The position numbers were made by a program, and so were the translations under genes. Below, piece after piece: positions 1-9,882 of a stretch of 64,000 bases of DNA; position 1 is the first letter of the stretch, and the number at the start of each line of letters is the position of its first letter. The notes beneath the pieces were generated by a model. The model ran no database searches. It was not told where the DNA came from and saw only the letters and a list, made by a program, of their open reading frames with translations. Origin of the DNA: Smithella sp. (lineage in GTDB: Bacteria; Desulfobacterota; Syntrophia; Syntrophales; Smithellaceae); NCBI GenBank assembly GCA_049517435.1, contig JBEKRZ010000003.1:2453-66452 (forward strand). Reading direction: 5' to 3'.

Positions 1-455
1 ATTTCCTGAACCAGCGGCGTTATACCCGCTGTGGAACTCGGCGTGGCCATTAACTCGTCTACAGGCTGTCCCGCGTCTTCCACATAATCCGCCACGCGAG
101 CCCCCACCGCCAGGACTTTGCGGTTTTCTTTTTTCACGCCGGCGGCTTTGATGTAATCCAGCGCGAAAACGGAAATCTGCTCATTTAGTTGTCCGCATAA
201 ACCCTGATCGGAACCGAAAATTATCGCTCCCATGCGCTTAACAGCCGCGTCTTTGCTTTGCATCATCCCGCTCATTCGTTCCTTAAGCACAATTTGCAAT
301 CCCATTTCTACAGTCCGGTTGTAGTCGTTAAGAGACTCAACGGCCTTTTGATATTGCCGGATGCTCACGGCGGCCAGAGCCTTCATCGTTTTGACCACCG
401 ATAAAAGATCTCCCGCGCTTTTAATTCTTCTTTTCAGGGACTCAGTTGTTTGCAT
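1..455 (-). CDS. atpG: F/N-type ATPase gamma subunit (5' part of gene; runs off window start)
   Basis: Absent from the ORF track because it has no stop in the window. The minus-strand ATG at 455..453 translates to [42 protein letters not shown]..., a gamma-like N-terminus. It overlaps the atpA stop by 14 nt and takes the last position in the atpDCQRBEFAG order. Confidence 0.75.
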   Translation of the reverse strand, partial: MQTTESLKRRIKSAGDLLSVVKTMKALAAVSIRQYQKAVESLNDYNRTVEMGLQIVLKERMSGMMQSKDAAVKRMGAIIFGSDQGLCGQLNEQISVFALDYIKAAGVKKENRKVLAVGARVADYVEDAGQPVDELMATPSSTAGITPLVQE

Positions 456-2010
456 TTGCTTCCTCGACTTCTTCAAACGGAGCGATGGTCGGTTTGATTT
501 TATTCATGATGCTGTCACGATCCGCCATTTCCAGTTTTTTACCTTCTTCGATACGCCCGCACAATTCCGGCAATTGTTCGTTGACCGTTTGCAACAGGTG
601 TCCTTCCGCTTCGCGTATCTTATCGATCGGAACATGATCCAGGGCGCCGCCGGTCACTGACAACAGACTGGCAATTTGTTCTGACGCGCGCAAAGGCTTG
701 TACTGCCCCTGCTTCAGAATTTCACGAACGCGCCAGCCTCTCTCCAATACGCGCTTCGTGCTTTCGTCAAGCCTGGTGCCAAAACGAGAGAACGACTCCA
801 GCTCTTCAAATTGCGAGTAAGACAGGCGCAAATCTCCAGCTACGGAACGATAAGCGGGCAACTGAGTTTTGCCGCCAACACGCGAAACGGATTTGCCGAC
901 ATCCACCGCAGGCAAAATTCCTTTGTTGAAAAGCACCGGCGAAAGATAAATCTGTCCGTCCGTGATGGAAATCAGATTGGTCGGAATGTAAGACGACATG
1001 TCCTGCGCTTCCGTTTCGGTAACGGGCAAGGACGTCAACGACCCGCCGCCCAATTCCGGCCGCATATGCGTGGAACGCTCCAACAGACGCGAGTGGATAT
1101 AAAATATATCGCCGGGGAAAGCTTCACGCCCCGGTGGCCGCCGTAAAAGCAGCGACACTTCCCGGTAAGCACGGGCATGCGATGTCAGATCATCATAGAC
1201 AATCAACACATCACGTCCCTGCTCAACAAAATATTCTCCCATGCTTGTGGCCGCGTAAGGCGCGATAAACTGCAGGCCCGGCGTGTCTTCGCCCGTGGCC
1301 ACAACGACGATACACGATCCCATCACACCATGATCGCGCAATTCGGCAATCACTTTGGCCACATCGGCGCTTTTCTTGCCGACGGCGCAATAAATGGAAA
1401 TAATACCCGTTTCTTTTTGGTTGATAATTGTATCCACGGCAATGGCTGTTTTGCCGGTCATTCTGTCGCCCAAAATCAATTCGCGCTGGCCGCGGCCAAT
1501 GGGAATAAGCGCGTCAATGACTTTAATGCCGGTTTGCAGGGGCACTACCACAGGCGCGCGGTCCATAACCGCCGGCGCGGGTCTTTCGACCGGATAGCGC
1601 ATGACTGTATTGACCTCGCCCAGACCGTCGAGCGGACGTCCGAGAGGATCAACCACTCTTCCCAAAAGGCCGTCTCCCACCGGCACATCCAGAACGCGCT
1701 TGGTGCGGTGCACTTCCGAACCCACCTGCAGGTTTTCACTGGGGTCCAGAAGAATCACACCGATCTCCTCCGGATCAATATTAAACACCAGCCCCATATA
1801 GTTACCTGCAAAACGAACCAGTTCCTCTGCGCGGATGTGCGGCAGGCCGCCGACTCTGGCAATATCGCGTCCGACAAAATTGACCGTGCCGATTTCATAT
1901 TGTTTCAGTTCAGGATTCTGCTCGTCCAGAACCTTTTCCATGGTATCAAACGTATCGTCCAGGAAAGTCTTTAATTCCTTATTTTCCAATTGGCTAGACT
2001 CTTGATTCAT
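442..2010 (-). CDS. atpA: ATPase alpha subunit
   Basis: 522 aa. Walker A GDRMTGKT. Alpha-subunit similarity along the whole length ([21 protein letters not shown]). Confidence 0.95.
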   Translation of the reverse strand: MNQESSQLENKELKTFLDDTFDTMEKVLDEQNPELKQYEIGTVNFVGRDIARVGGLPHIRAEELVRFAGNYMGLVFNIDPEEIGVILLDPSENLQVGSEVHRTKRVLDVPVGDGLLGRVVDPLGRPLDGLGEVNTVMRYPVERPAPAVMDRAPVVVPLQTGIKVIDALIPIGRGQRELILGDRMTGKTAIAVDTIINQKETGIISIYCAVGKKSADVAKVIAELRDHGVMGSCIVVVATGEDTPGLQFIAPYAATSMGEYFVEQGRDVLIVYDDLTSHARAYREVSLLLRRPPGREAFPGDIFYIHSRLLERSTHMRPELGGGSLTSLPVTETEAQDMSSYIPTNLISITDGQIYLSPVLFNKGILPAVDVGKSVSRVGGKTQLPAYRSVAGDLRLSYSQFEELESFSRFGTRLDESTKRVLERGWRVREILKQGQYKPLRASEQIASLLSVTGGALDHVPIDKIREAEGHLLQTVNEQLPELCGRIEEGKKLEMADRDSIMNKIKPTIAPFEEVEEANANN

Positions 2011-2029
2011 TCTTCGCCTCCATTATTAT

Positions 2030-2187
2030 CTCTCGTCGCTTAGCTCCTTGGATAATTCCACTTACGCTTCGAATTTCATTTCATTCGTTTTACCACGGCG
2101 CTACGCGCCTGGTATAATTCGTCCAGCAAGCTTCAGCACACGCTGTTTCTGAAGTTTGGGTCTCATTATCAGCGAGTGTCATTATCA
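2030..2187 (-). repeat. H-family modular hairpin tract, copy R1 (inside the ATPase operon, between atpF and atpA)
   Basis: The minus strand reads AATGACACTCGCTGATAATGAGACCC...CGAAT-GAAATGAA-ATTCG-AAGCGTAAGTGGAATTATCC... It shares GGATAATTCCACTTRCGCTTCGA..TTCATTTCATT and AGCGAGTGTCATTA with R7. It lacks the CCCGTGATT terminus. Confidence 0.7.
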
Positions 2188-2958
2188 TCATGCCGCGTGC
2201 GCCTCTTTCTGGAGCGTTTCAGTCAGACTTTCCACCAGCGTCTCCAGATACTCATTGAGACTCCAGGCGATCTTATGCCCATTCACACGCAATTCAATGC
2301 CTGATACTATCTCCGGCTGCCTCATATACTGCAGAGTAAAACCGTTGGTTATCTGCTTCTTCAGAACTTCCTCGATTTGCGCCTGCCGGGACGCGGAAAT
2401 GCTAAAAGCGCTCTGGATAATCACCCGATTGCCGCCGCCCCTGATGGCATTGCGCATCTGAATGCTTTTTTCTTTATCGAGCGCTTTGATCCGGCGGATG
2501 AATTCATCCACAATCCGTTCCTCCAGATCGGCGTCCGCCAGATCGCGCAAGGCTTTACGCGCCGTGGCATATAATTGCTTGGCCACCCGCTGGCGCAAAT
2601 CGGAGAAAAAAGCGTCCTTTTCGCGAACCAGCATATCCTGCCAGCGCACCTTGACCTGATCAACTTCCTCGCGGACTTTTTCCATCAGTTCTTTACGCTT
2701 GGCATCAGCGGCCATTGTCGCCTCATTGAGCATCTGCTCTTTTGCTTCGTTGAGCAACTGGTTGCGCTTTTCATAAAGCCCGGCAGCCTCGGTTGCCTTG
2801 ACTTTCATATCTTCGGCGTCGGCAAACCGCGCGGTAATCTTCGCTTCTCTATCGTCCATCGCTTTAATGATTCGCCCATAAAGAAAGCGCTTCAGCAGAT
2901 AGACAAGCAAAAGAAAATTGAAGATCTGGCAAAACAAAACAAACCAGTCGATATGCAT
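2188..2958 (-). CDS. atpF: ATPase subunit b, long form with delta/OSCP-like C-terminal region
   Basis: 256 aa. N-terminal TM helix (WFVLFCQIFNFLLLVYLL) followed by a long charged helix. The C-terminal ~90 aa (RVIIQSAF...IELRVNGHKIAWSLNEYLETL) resembles the delta C-terminal domain. The operon has no separate delta gene. Confidence 0.8.
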   Translation of the reverse strand: MHIDWFVLFCQIFNFLLLVYLLKRFLYGRIIKAMDDREAKITARFADAEDMKVKATEAAGLYEKRNQLLNEAKEQMLNEATMAADAKRKELMEKVREEVDQVKVRWQDMLVREKDAFFSDLRQRVAKQLYATARKALRDLADADLEERIVDEFIRRIKALDKEKSIQMRNAIRGGGNRVIIQSAFSISASRQAQIEEVLKKQITNGFTLQYMRQPEIVSGIELRVNGHKIAWSLNEYLETLVESLTETLQKEAHAA

Positions 2959-2961
2959 GGA

Positions 2962-3237
2962 TCATCCCCCTGCCTTTACAAAGTAGCCCCAGAAAGGATT
3001 CGCAAAGATCACGATCATGGAAATAACAAAGCAGTAAATCGCGATAGATTCGATCATGGCGAGTCCCACAAATAGTGTTCTGGTCAAAGAATTTCGCTCA
3101 TCGGGTTGCTGGGCAATGGCGGCAAGAGCCTGCTGAATTGCCCGTCCTTGTCCCAGGGCCGGTCCGATTGAACCGATCGCCATCGTTAAACCCGCCGCAA
3201 TAATTGAAGCCACTGCAACTAAACTCAATTTATCCAT
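2962..3237 (-). CDS. atpE: ATPase c subunit (rotor ring), Na+-type ligand pattern
   Basis: 91 aa two-helix hairpin. Q in ALGQGR, and E-S...Y in MIESIAIY. This matches the Q32/E65/S66/Y70 Na+ ligand pattern of the Ilyobacter tartaricus c subunit, with I at the T67 position. Confidence 0.9.
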   Translation of the reverse strand: MDKLSLVAVASIIAAGLTMAIGSIGPALGQGRAIQQALAAIAQQPDERNSLTRTLFVGLAMIESIAIYCFVISMIVIFANPFWGYFVKAGG

Positions 3238-3272
3238 AAAAACTCCTCCTTATATAAATTTATTTATCAGGC

Positions 3273-3992
3273 TTATATGCCTTCGCTAACCTCTGTTTTA
3301 TGTGACTCCTCCTGGGCGCTCGCTGCCGAAGCGATATACACCATAGAAAGTATGGCAAAAATATATGCCTGGATCACCCCAATCAAAAGCCCCAGTGCCT
3401 GCATGATGACAGGGAATAACAGAGGCGTGACAGAAAGAAGAATTCCGATAACCTTCTCATGACTCATGATATTGCCAAAAAGCCGGACTGTCAGGGCGAG
3501 CGTTCTGGATATTTCCCCCATGACATGGAAAGGGAAGAAGATGAAATTGGGTTGAAAATACTCTTTCAAATAATGGAACACGCCGTTGCGCGAGATGCCG
3601 TAATAAGGAACTGCGACAAATACACACAAAGCAAGCGCCGCCGTTGTCATGAGCGATGCCGTGGGCGGAACATAACCGGGAATAATAGCCAGAACATTGG
3701 AGAGACAAATGAAAAGAAATAGAGTGCCGATCAAGGGAACATAGTCATCGACTCCCTTCTTGGTCATTTCCCTGATTTCTCCGCGGATAGTAGAAATAAC
3801 CACTTCGAGGAAATGCTGCCAACGGGAAACATTGATGCCGGTGGAAAGATTGCGCGTTATCAGCAAGGACCCGCTCACCAGAATTGCCATAACCAGCCAT
3901 GTATAGACAAGGGTTACATTTATAGTGATAAAACCCCATGTCCAGAGAATAACCTGATCTGGGCTGATTTGATTAATGGCTACTATTTCCAT
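3273..3992 (-). CDS. atpB: ATPase a subunit
   Basis: 239 aa polytopic membrane protein with the stator Arg motif LTVRLFGNIMSHE. Confidence 0.9.
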   Translation of the reverse strand: MEIVAINQISPDQVILWTWGFITINVTLVYTWLVMAILVSGSLLITRNLSTGINVSRWQHFLEVVISTIRGEIREMTKKGVDDYVPLIGTLFLFICLSNVLAIIPGYVPPTASLMTTAALALCVFVAVPYYGISRNGVFHYLKEYFQPNFIFFPFHVMGEISRTLALTVRLFGNIMSHEKVIGILLSVTPLLFPVIMQALGLLIGVIQAYIFAILSMVYIASAASAQEESHKTEVSEGI

Positions 3993-4032
3993 TTGAACTC
4001 CTAAGTTGGCTGTGGAAAAATTTTATAATATT

Positions 4033-4341
4033 CTAAATCGCTTTATCCATTCCCAGGCGTCGTGTGAGAATCATCCTCATTAAAATGAAACCGATAAGCG
4101 CCATGGCCAGACGCTCCCAATGCTCTCCGCCCATAACTAAATAAAATCCCGCCATCACCACCGCCATCCGTATAATAAAGCTTCCGAGCATCAGGCGCGC
4201 GGGACTATGAGCTTTCGGCAACTGACGCACTGTTCGCCACAGAGCGGTAAAATAAAACGCTCCAAGGGCTAGACCAGCGGCAAAAGCTACGATTGTCGGA
4301 AACAACATTGCCGGATTAAGTATGCTGTTCATCATCTTCAT
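4033..4341 (-). CDS. atpR: N-ATPase AtpR-like small membrane protein
   Basis: 102 aa with about 3 TM helices and an Arg within a helix (ALWRTVRQL). It sits between atpQ and atpB, as in N-ATPase operons, and overlaps atpQ by 26 nt. Confidence 0.7.
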   Translation of the reverse strand: MKMMNSILNPAMLFPTIVAFAAGLALGAFYFTALWRTVRQLPKAHSPARLMLGSFIIRMAVVMAGFYLVMGGEHWERLAMALIGFILMRMILTRRLGMDKAI

Positions 4342-4669
4342 CTTCCTCGATAATTTTGCTGCGAACTTTTTTTACCCAGTATGCCGCATTGATGCATCCC
4401 AACACCACACCGATAATCAGAAACATCAACGCCCAGGAATAACGGCTCGGCCAAGTACGGTCAATCCACAGACCCAGCGCAACCCCGATCAGTGTGGGGA
4501 TAGCTACAGACCAGCCGACAATGCCGAACATACCCAGACCGAACCAGACGGTCTCGTCTTTGTGCCGAAGTGCCTTCTGCCGCAGCGCCTCTTTTTTGGC
4601 CACCTGTTCGGTGAAATGATTTGCCATTTTTTGGCGTCGCGTGCTTGGTGTTCGTCTTATTTCAACCAT
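4316..4669 (-). CDS. atpQ: N-ATPase AtpQ (AtpI/AtpZ-like) membrane protein
   Basis: 117 aa ORF; the more likely start is MANHF at 4627. Two TM helices WFGLGMFGIVGWSVAIPTLIGVALGLWIDR typical of ATPase_gene1-type proteins. Position follows atpC. Confidence 0.7.
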   Translation of the reverse strand: MVEIRRTPSTRRQKMANHFTEQVAKKEALRQKALRHKDETVWFGLGMFGIVGWSVAIPTLIGVALGLWIDRTWPSRYSWALMFLIIGVVLGCINAAYWVKKVRSKIIEEDEDDEQHT

Positions 4670-4711
4670 GTTTCTTACTCCCCTGGAGATGTTCTACGTT
4701 CTAATGTCCTT

Positions 4712-4931
4712 TCACTATTCATCCCGCGTCGCTGCGCTCCTGGGATAATTTCCAATAGCCTTTGGCTATTGGATAATTCGTCTTGCAAATTTCACTACAC
4801 TTCGCTTGTGAAATTTGAGACTCATTACGACTTACACTTCAAACCTACAGTGACCTTTAGGTTATTCGCTATGCTCGTTTTCAGAGAGTCTCACTACGAC
4901 TTACTCTTCCTATAGTCAGTGAGTCTCATTA

Positions 4932-4946
<15 letters not shown>
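4712..4946 (-). repeat. H-family modular hairpin tract, copy R2 (inside the ATPase operon, between atpC and atpQ)
   Basis: The minus strand reads GTGGAACTAAAATAGTAATGAGACTCACTGACTATAGGAAG..., colinear with the start of R5. Shared modules are AACGAGCATAGCGAA, AAATTTCAC-N12-GTGAAATTT and CCAATAGCCAAAGGCTATTGGAAATTATCCC. Its first 15 nt encode the last 4 codons and the stop of atpC. Confidence 0.75.
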
Positions 4947-6705
<1,759 letters not shown>

Positions 6706-6730
6706 CTATCGAATTTATGCTGTAAATTTC

Positions 6731-7558
6731 TCAATACAGCTCTTCTACTTTTTTAATACCTTCCATAAGCCAGCCTATTACTCCGCCGATTACAACAAAC
6801 ATAACCGCTCGGACAACATCTCCTAAAATGGGCATCCCCGTCAAGAAAAGTGCATGACTGGTTAAAATCAGAACACCAAGAAAAATGGCTGCAAAGATGC
6901 CTTTTTTACCCCACCAGATAGAAGCCAGAATAATTGGGATATAGAAAAGATGAGTGAAAAGCCCTTCTGTTTTAAGGGTTGCATGATAATGATACGTGAG
7001 GATACAGGCGACAAGGAGAAAGATTGTCATCAACCCGACTTTATAGGTGCTACCTTTACCACCAATCTGCCCCTTCATCATCAGTGTTTTAATAGCGCCA
7101 AGTCTTCTCTCCACACTGCCAATGATTAACTCCTGATACTTTTCCGTGACCTGGTAGGATACATAATCGAACATGAGAATTGTTCGATTCAGACTCTCCA
7201 CCGCCTGCTGTTTTTCCAGAGCGGTCACGAAAATTCCCTGAAATTCCGCGTAAAGCCACAGATTCCGTCTCATTAACATCAGCGCGTAAATAGCTTCATG
7301 CAGGGGTGTCTTTTTCCTGTAGAAATCCTCTGCGTACTTCCAGGAAAAAGTTTTGGCCTCTTCATAGGAGTTTTCAGCCAGAGACATTCGACGAAAAAGC
7401 TTGTAAAAATCGATCCCCTGCTCAATCACCATGTCTTTCGGCAGAGAGTGATACGAGGGCGTTCTGTCATGCTTCATCACATCTGCCGCCCATTGTCTGG
7501 CAATACCCTCAGCCTTGCTTTCTATAAGGTCAAAAAGTTTTGTGGCATAAGCTTGCAT
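6731..7558 (-). CDS. Sensor-like protein: N-terminal RsbRA-N/globin-fold-like domain plus C-terminal 4-TM module
   Basis: 275 aa. The N-terminal ~145 aa is paralogous to the next gene upstream, with shared runs PLHEA.YAL.LMRR, WLYAEFQ and RTILMFDY. The C-terminal half is hydrophobic (FLLVACILTYHY, IPIILASIWWG, IFLGVLILTSHALF, VMFVVIGGVIGWL). Only 34 nt upstream of atpD. The domain name is from memory and is tentative. Confidence 0.55.
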   Translation of the reverse strand: MQAYATKLFDLIESKAEGIARQWAADVMKHDRTPSYHSLPKDMVIEQGIDFYKLFRRMSLAENSYEEAKTFSWKYAEDFYRKKTPLHEAIYALMLMRRNLWLYAEFQGIFVTALEKQQAVESLNRTILMFDYVSYQVTEKYQELIIGSVERRLGAIKTLMMKGQIGGKGSTYKVGLMTIFLLVACILTYHYHATLKTEGLFTHLFYIPIILASIWWGKKGIFAAIFLGVLILTSHALFLTGMPILGDVVRAVMFVVIGGVIGWLMEGIKKVEELY

Positions 7559-7672
7559 TCTTTCATCCCTCTTTCCATAGAGTTACTATGATAAAAAAAT
7601 CTCACTTAAGTGAATCCGTCCTGTCAATTCCGTTACTTGGAATCCCCCGGTTCCTGCTGGAGGGGGCTCCAC

Positions 7673-8143
7673 TTACTGTGTATTCTTTATCGCCAGCAAT
7701 TCCAGTTTCATTAATTTCCAGAATTGTCTGGCAATAACATACATAATGTAGTCGAACATGAGAATTGTCCGGCTAAGACTTCCCACCGCCTGTCTGTGCT
7801 CTACCTCTGCATTAAACATGGCTTGAAACTCCGCATATAACCACATATGCCTCCTCATCAGAATCAGAGCATACAACGCTTCGTGCAGAGGAATTCCCTC
7901 TCTATATCTTTCCTCCGCGTACTTTTCGAAAATTTCTTCCGCCTGTTCATACGGTGATTCATGAAAAAACATCATTTGAAAATTACTGTAAAAATCTTTG
8001 GCTTGAAGAATAATTTTATCCTCAGATGCCTCATGATAGGTATAAGTTTTCGCGTTAGTCTTCACATCCTTTGCCCATTGCTTGACGATTGTTTCAGCGT
8101 TTTTCTGAGTTAAATCTATGAGTTTTGTGGTAAAAGCTTTCAT
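7673..8143 (-). CDS. Soluble RsbRA-N/globin-fold-like sensor domain protein (paralog of 6731..7558)
   Basis: 156 aa, alignable end to end with the N-terminal half of the downstream gene. Preceded by a sigma54-type promoter and an AAGGG ribosome-binding site. Confidence 0.55.
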   Translation of the reverse strand: MKAFTTKLIDLTQKNAETIVKQWAKDVKTNAKTYTYHEASEDKIILQAKDFYSNFQMMFFHESPYEQAEEIFEKYAEERYREGIPLHEALYALILMRRHMWLYAEFQAMFNAEVEHRQAVGSLSRTILMFDYIMYVIARQFWKLMKLELLAIKNTQ

Positions 8144-8173
8144 CGCAACCCTTTCTTTTCAATAATCAGAAAG

Positions 8174-8189
8174 AGCAATGGTCATGCCA
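8174..8189 (-). promoter_or_regulatory. sigma54 (-24/-12) promoter candidate
   Basis: The minus strand reads TGGCATGACCATTGCT, against the consensus TGGCAC-N5-TTGCW. It lies 31 nt upstream of the ATG at 8143. A sigma54-dependent activator gene lies immediately upstream on the same strand. Confidence 0.65.
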
Positions 8190-8514
8190 TAAAAAGTTTT
8201 TTTGTATTTTGATGTCTTCTTGCTTCTTGATAAAAGTCCGAATTAACTTCTATCCGTCATTTCCGCTAGGGCGATAATCCAGTATTGTTGAATGGTTATG
8301 AATTCCCGTTCAAATGGAATTGCACACTTGATAAATAAATAATTTAATCGTCTTTTGCCGGACATTCATGAATTATTAATAGAGGAAATAAACGGAAATA
8401 CGAAATAAACGTCGCCAGAAAAGTCGCTCGGAGAAATTTGCGAACATTAAAAATAACAATAGTCTCTAAATACAGGAGTTTAGCAATAGAGACTTTTATG
8501 TCACCCCAAATAAC

Positions 8515-9882
8515 TTAAATGTCGCGAAGAATTGATTCCCATTGGGGATTTTTTTTCATGGCGGCGATCTTCCGCTGAAGTTGCCTGACGGTTATTCCAA
8601 GAATTTGCGCGACCTTGCCGCGATCGCCATTAGCATTGGTCAAAACATAGACCAGATGCGCTTCATCGTTTTCTTTCAAGGTGCATAATTGGCGCGCTAA
8701 AGGAGATGGAGCAGTTGACATCATCCCAAGATGACCAGGCAGAATAAGATTGGAGTCGGTTAGCAAAACGGCGTTATCAATAATTTGAGACAATTCTCGT
8801 ACGTTGCCGGGGTAATCTCTACCGTTTAATAAATCCATGGCTTCCGGGCTGAAACCGAGAACCTTTTTATTATAATTACTGCATGCCTTGCGCAGAAAAT
8901 GGGACGCGAGCAAAGGAATCTCTCCCTGTCTTTCTCTCAAAGGAGGCAGGTGGATATGGACTGATTTCAGCCGGTAGAGCAGATCCAGCCTAAAATTGCC
9001 CTTCTGGCAGGCCTTTTCAATATTACTATTGGAAGCGGATATGACTCTTACGTCCACCCAGATCGGCTTTGATGCGCCGAGAGGGTAGAAAGATTTTTCT
9101 TCCAGCACACGGAGTAGTTTTGTTTGCAGGCCTATCGGCAGTTCCCCTATTTCGTCAAGGAAAAGAGTCCCGCCGTCCGCCTGTTCAAAATAGCCCCGAT
9201 GCGGCGTCTCCGCGCCTGTAAAAGCTCCTTTAGCGTGACCAAAAAACTGGCTTTCAAACATGCTGGCCGGAATAGCGCTGACATTAACGGCGATGAATGG
9301 GCCCTGGGGCATCGGTCCGGCCTGATGAATGCCTTTGGCGACAAGTTCCTTGCCGGTTCCGGATTCTCCGGTAATCATTATGGGATTGCCGCCTCCGGCC
9401 ATAACCTGAGCATAGGACAGGATGGAACACATCTGCGGACATTGGGTGATAATCCCGGAGAAGGCATTCGGAATTTTCTTTTTATTATCCCCAGCTGTCG
9501 CCGATAAACCTATAAGTAAACCCCTGTGTTCATAGGCTCTCTTAATGGCCAGAAAAAGGAGATCGTTATCCACCGGTTTGACAAGATAATCGTAAGCGCC
9601 CAGACGAATCGCTTTAACCGTGGTAGGAATATCATCAATGGCTGTGAGAATGATGAATTCTGTATGGGGACGATAAGGTCTTGTTGATTCCAGAACCTGC
9701 AACCCCTCAACTTCCGGCATAAGCAGATCAAGAAGCACAATATCAAAATCCGTTTCTTTAATTTTGGTAATGGCATCTCTGCCGTTATTACAGATATCAA
9801 CGTTCCTGATGCCCCGCCATTTGAGCAGACGCTTCACCGAATTCAGGGCTACTTCTTCATCATCAACAATCAGAATTCTCAT
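8515..9882 (-). CDS. sigma54-dependent response regulator (NtrC family)
   Basis: 455 aa. Three parts: a receiver domain (DIVLLDLLMPEVEG), an AAA+ sigma54-interaction domain (GESGTGKE, GAFTGA) and a C-terminal Fis-type HTH (VAQILGITVRQLQRKI). Confidence 0.9.
   Translation of the reverse strand: MRILIVDDEEVALNSVKRLLKWRGIRNVDICNNGRDAITKIKETDFDIVLLDLLMPEVEGLQVLESTRPYRPHTEFIILTAIDDIPTTVKAIRLGAYDYLVKPVDNDLLFLAIKRAYEHRGLLIGLSATAGDNKKKIPNAFSGIITQCPQMCSILSYAQVMAGGGNPIMITGESGTGKELVAKGIHQAGPMPQGPFIAVNVSAIPASMFESQFFGHAKGAFTGAETPHRGYFEQADGGTLFLDEIGELPIGLQTKLLRVLEEKSFYPLGASKPIWVDVRVISASNSNIEKACQKGNFRLDLLYRLKSVHIHLPPLRERQGEIPLLASHFLRKACSNYNKKVLGFSPEAMDLLNGRDYPGNVRELSQIIDNAVLLTDSNLILPGHLGMMSTAPSPLARQLCTLKENDEAHLVYVLTNANGDRGKVAQILGITVRQLQRKIAAMKKNPQWESILRDI

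Noticed and set aside
1177-1974. 265-aa plus-strand ORF, together with several 60-110-aa ORFs, opposite atpA
   Set aside because: They are antisense shadows of a strongly supported atpA gene, with low-complexity His/Arg/Asn-rich translations and no motifs. The same reasoning applies to the long antisense ORFs inside atpF (2575..3075), atpD, lon (31220..31720, 32828..33328), hrpA, the ALDH gene (38235..38699), prfC/typA and the PilZ gene (46069..46524).
4741-4780. Regularly spaced GGATAATT words separated by ~20-nt hairpins, considered as a CRISPR-like mini-array
   Set aside because: The constant unit is only 8 nt, spacing is irregular across copies (20 to 56 nt), the 'spacers' are themselves repeated elsewhere, and there are no cas genes. 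It is better explained as linkers within a mosaic repeat.
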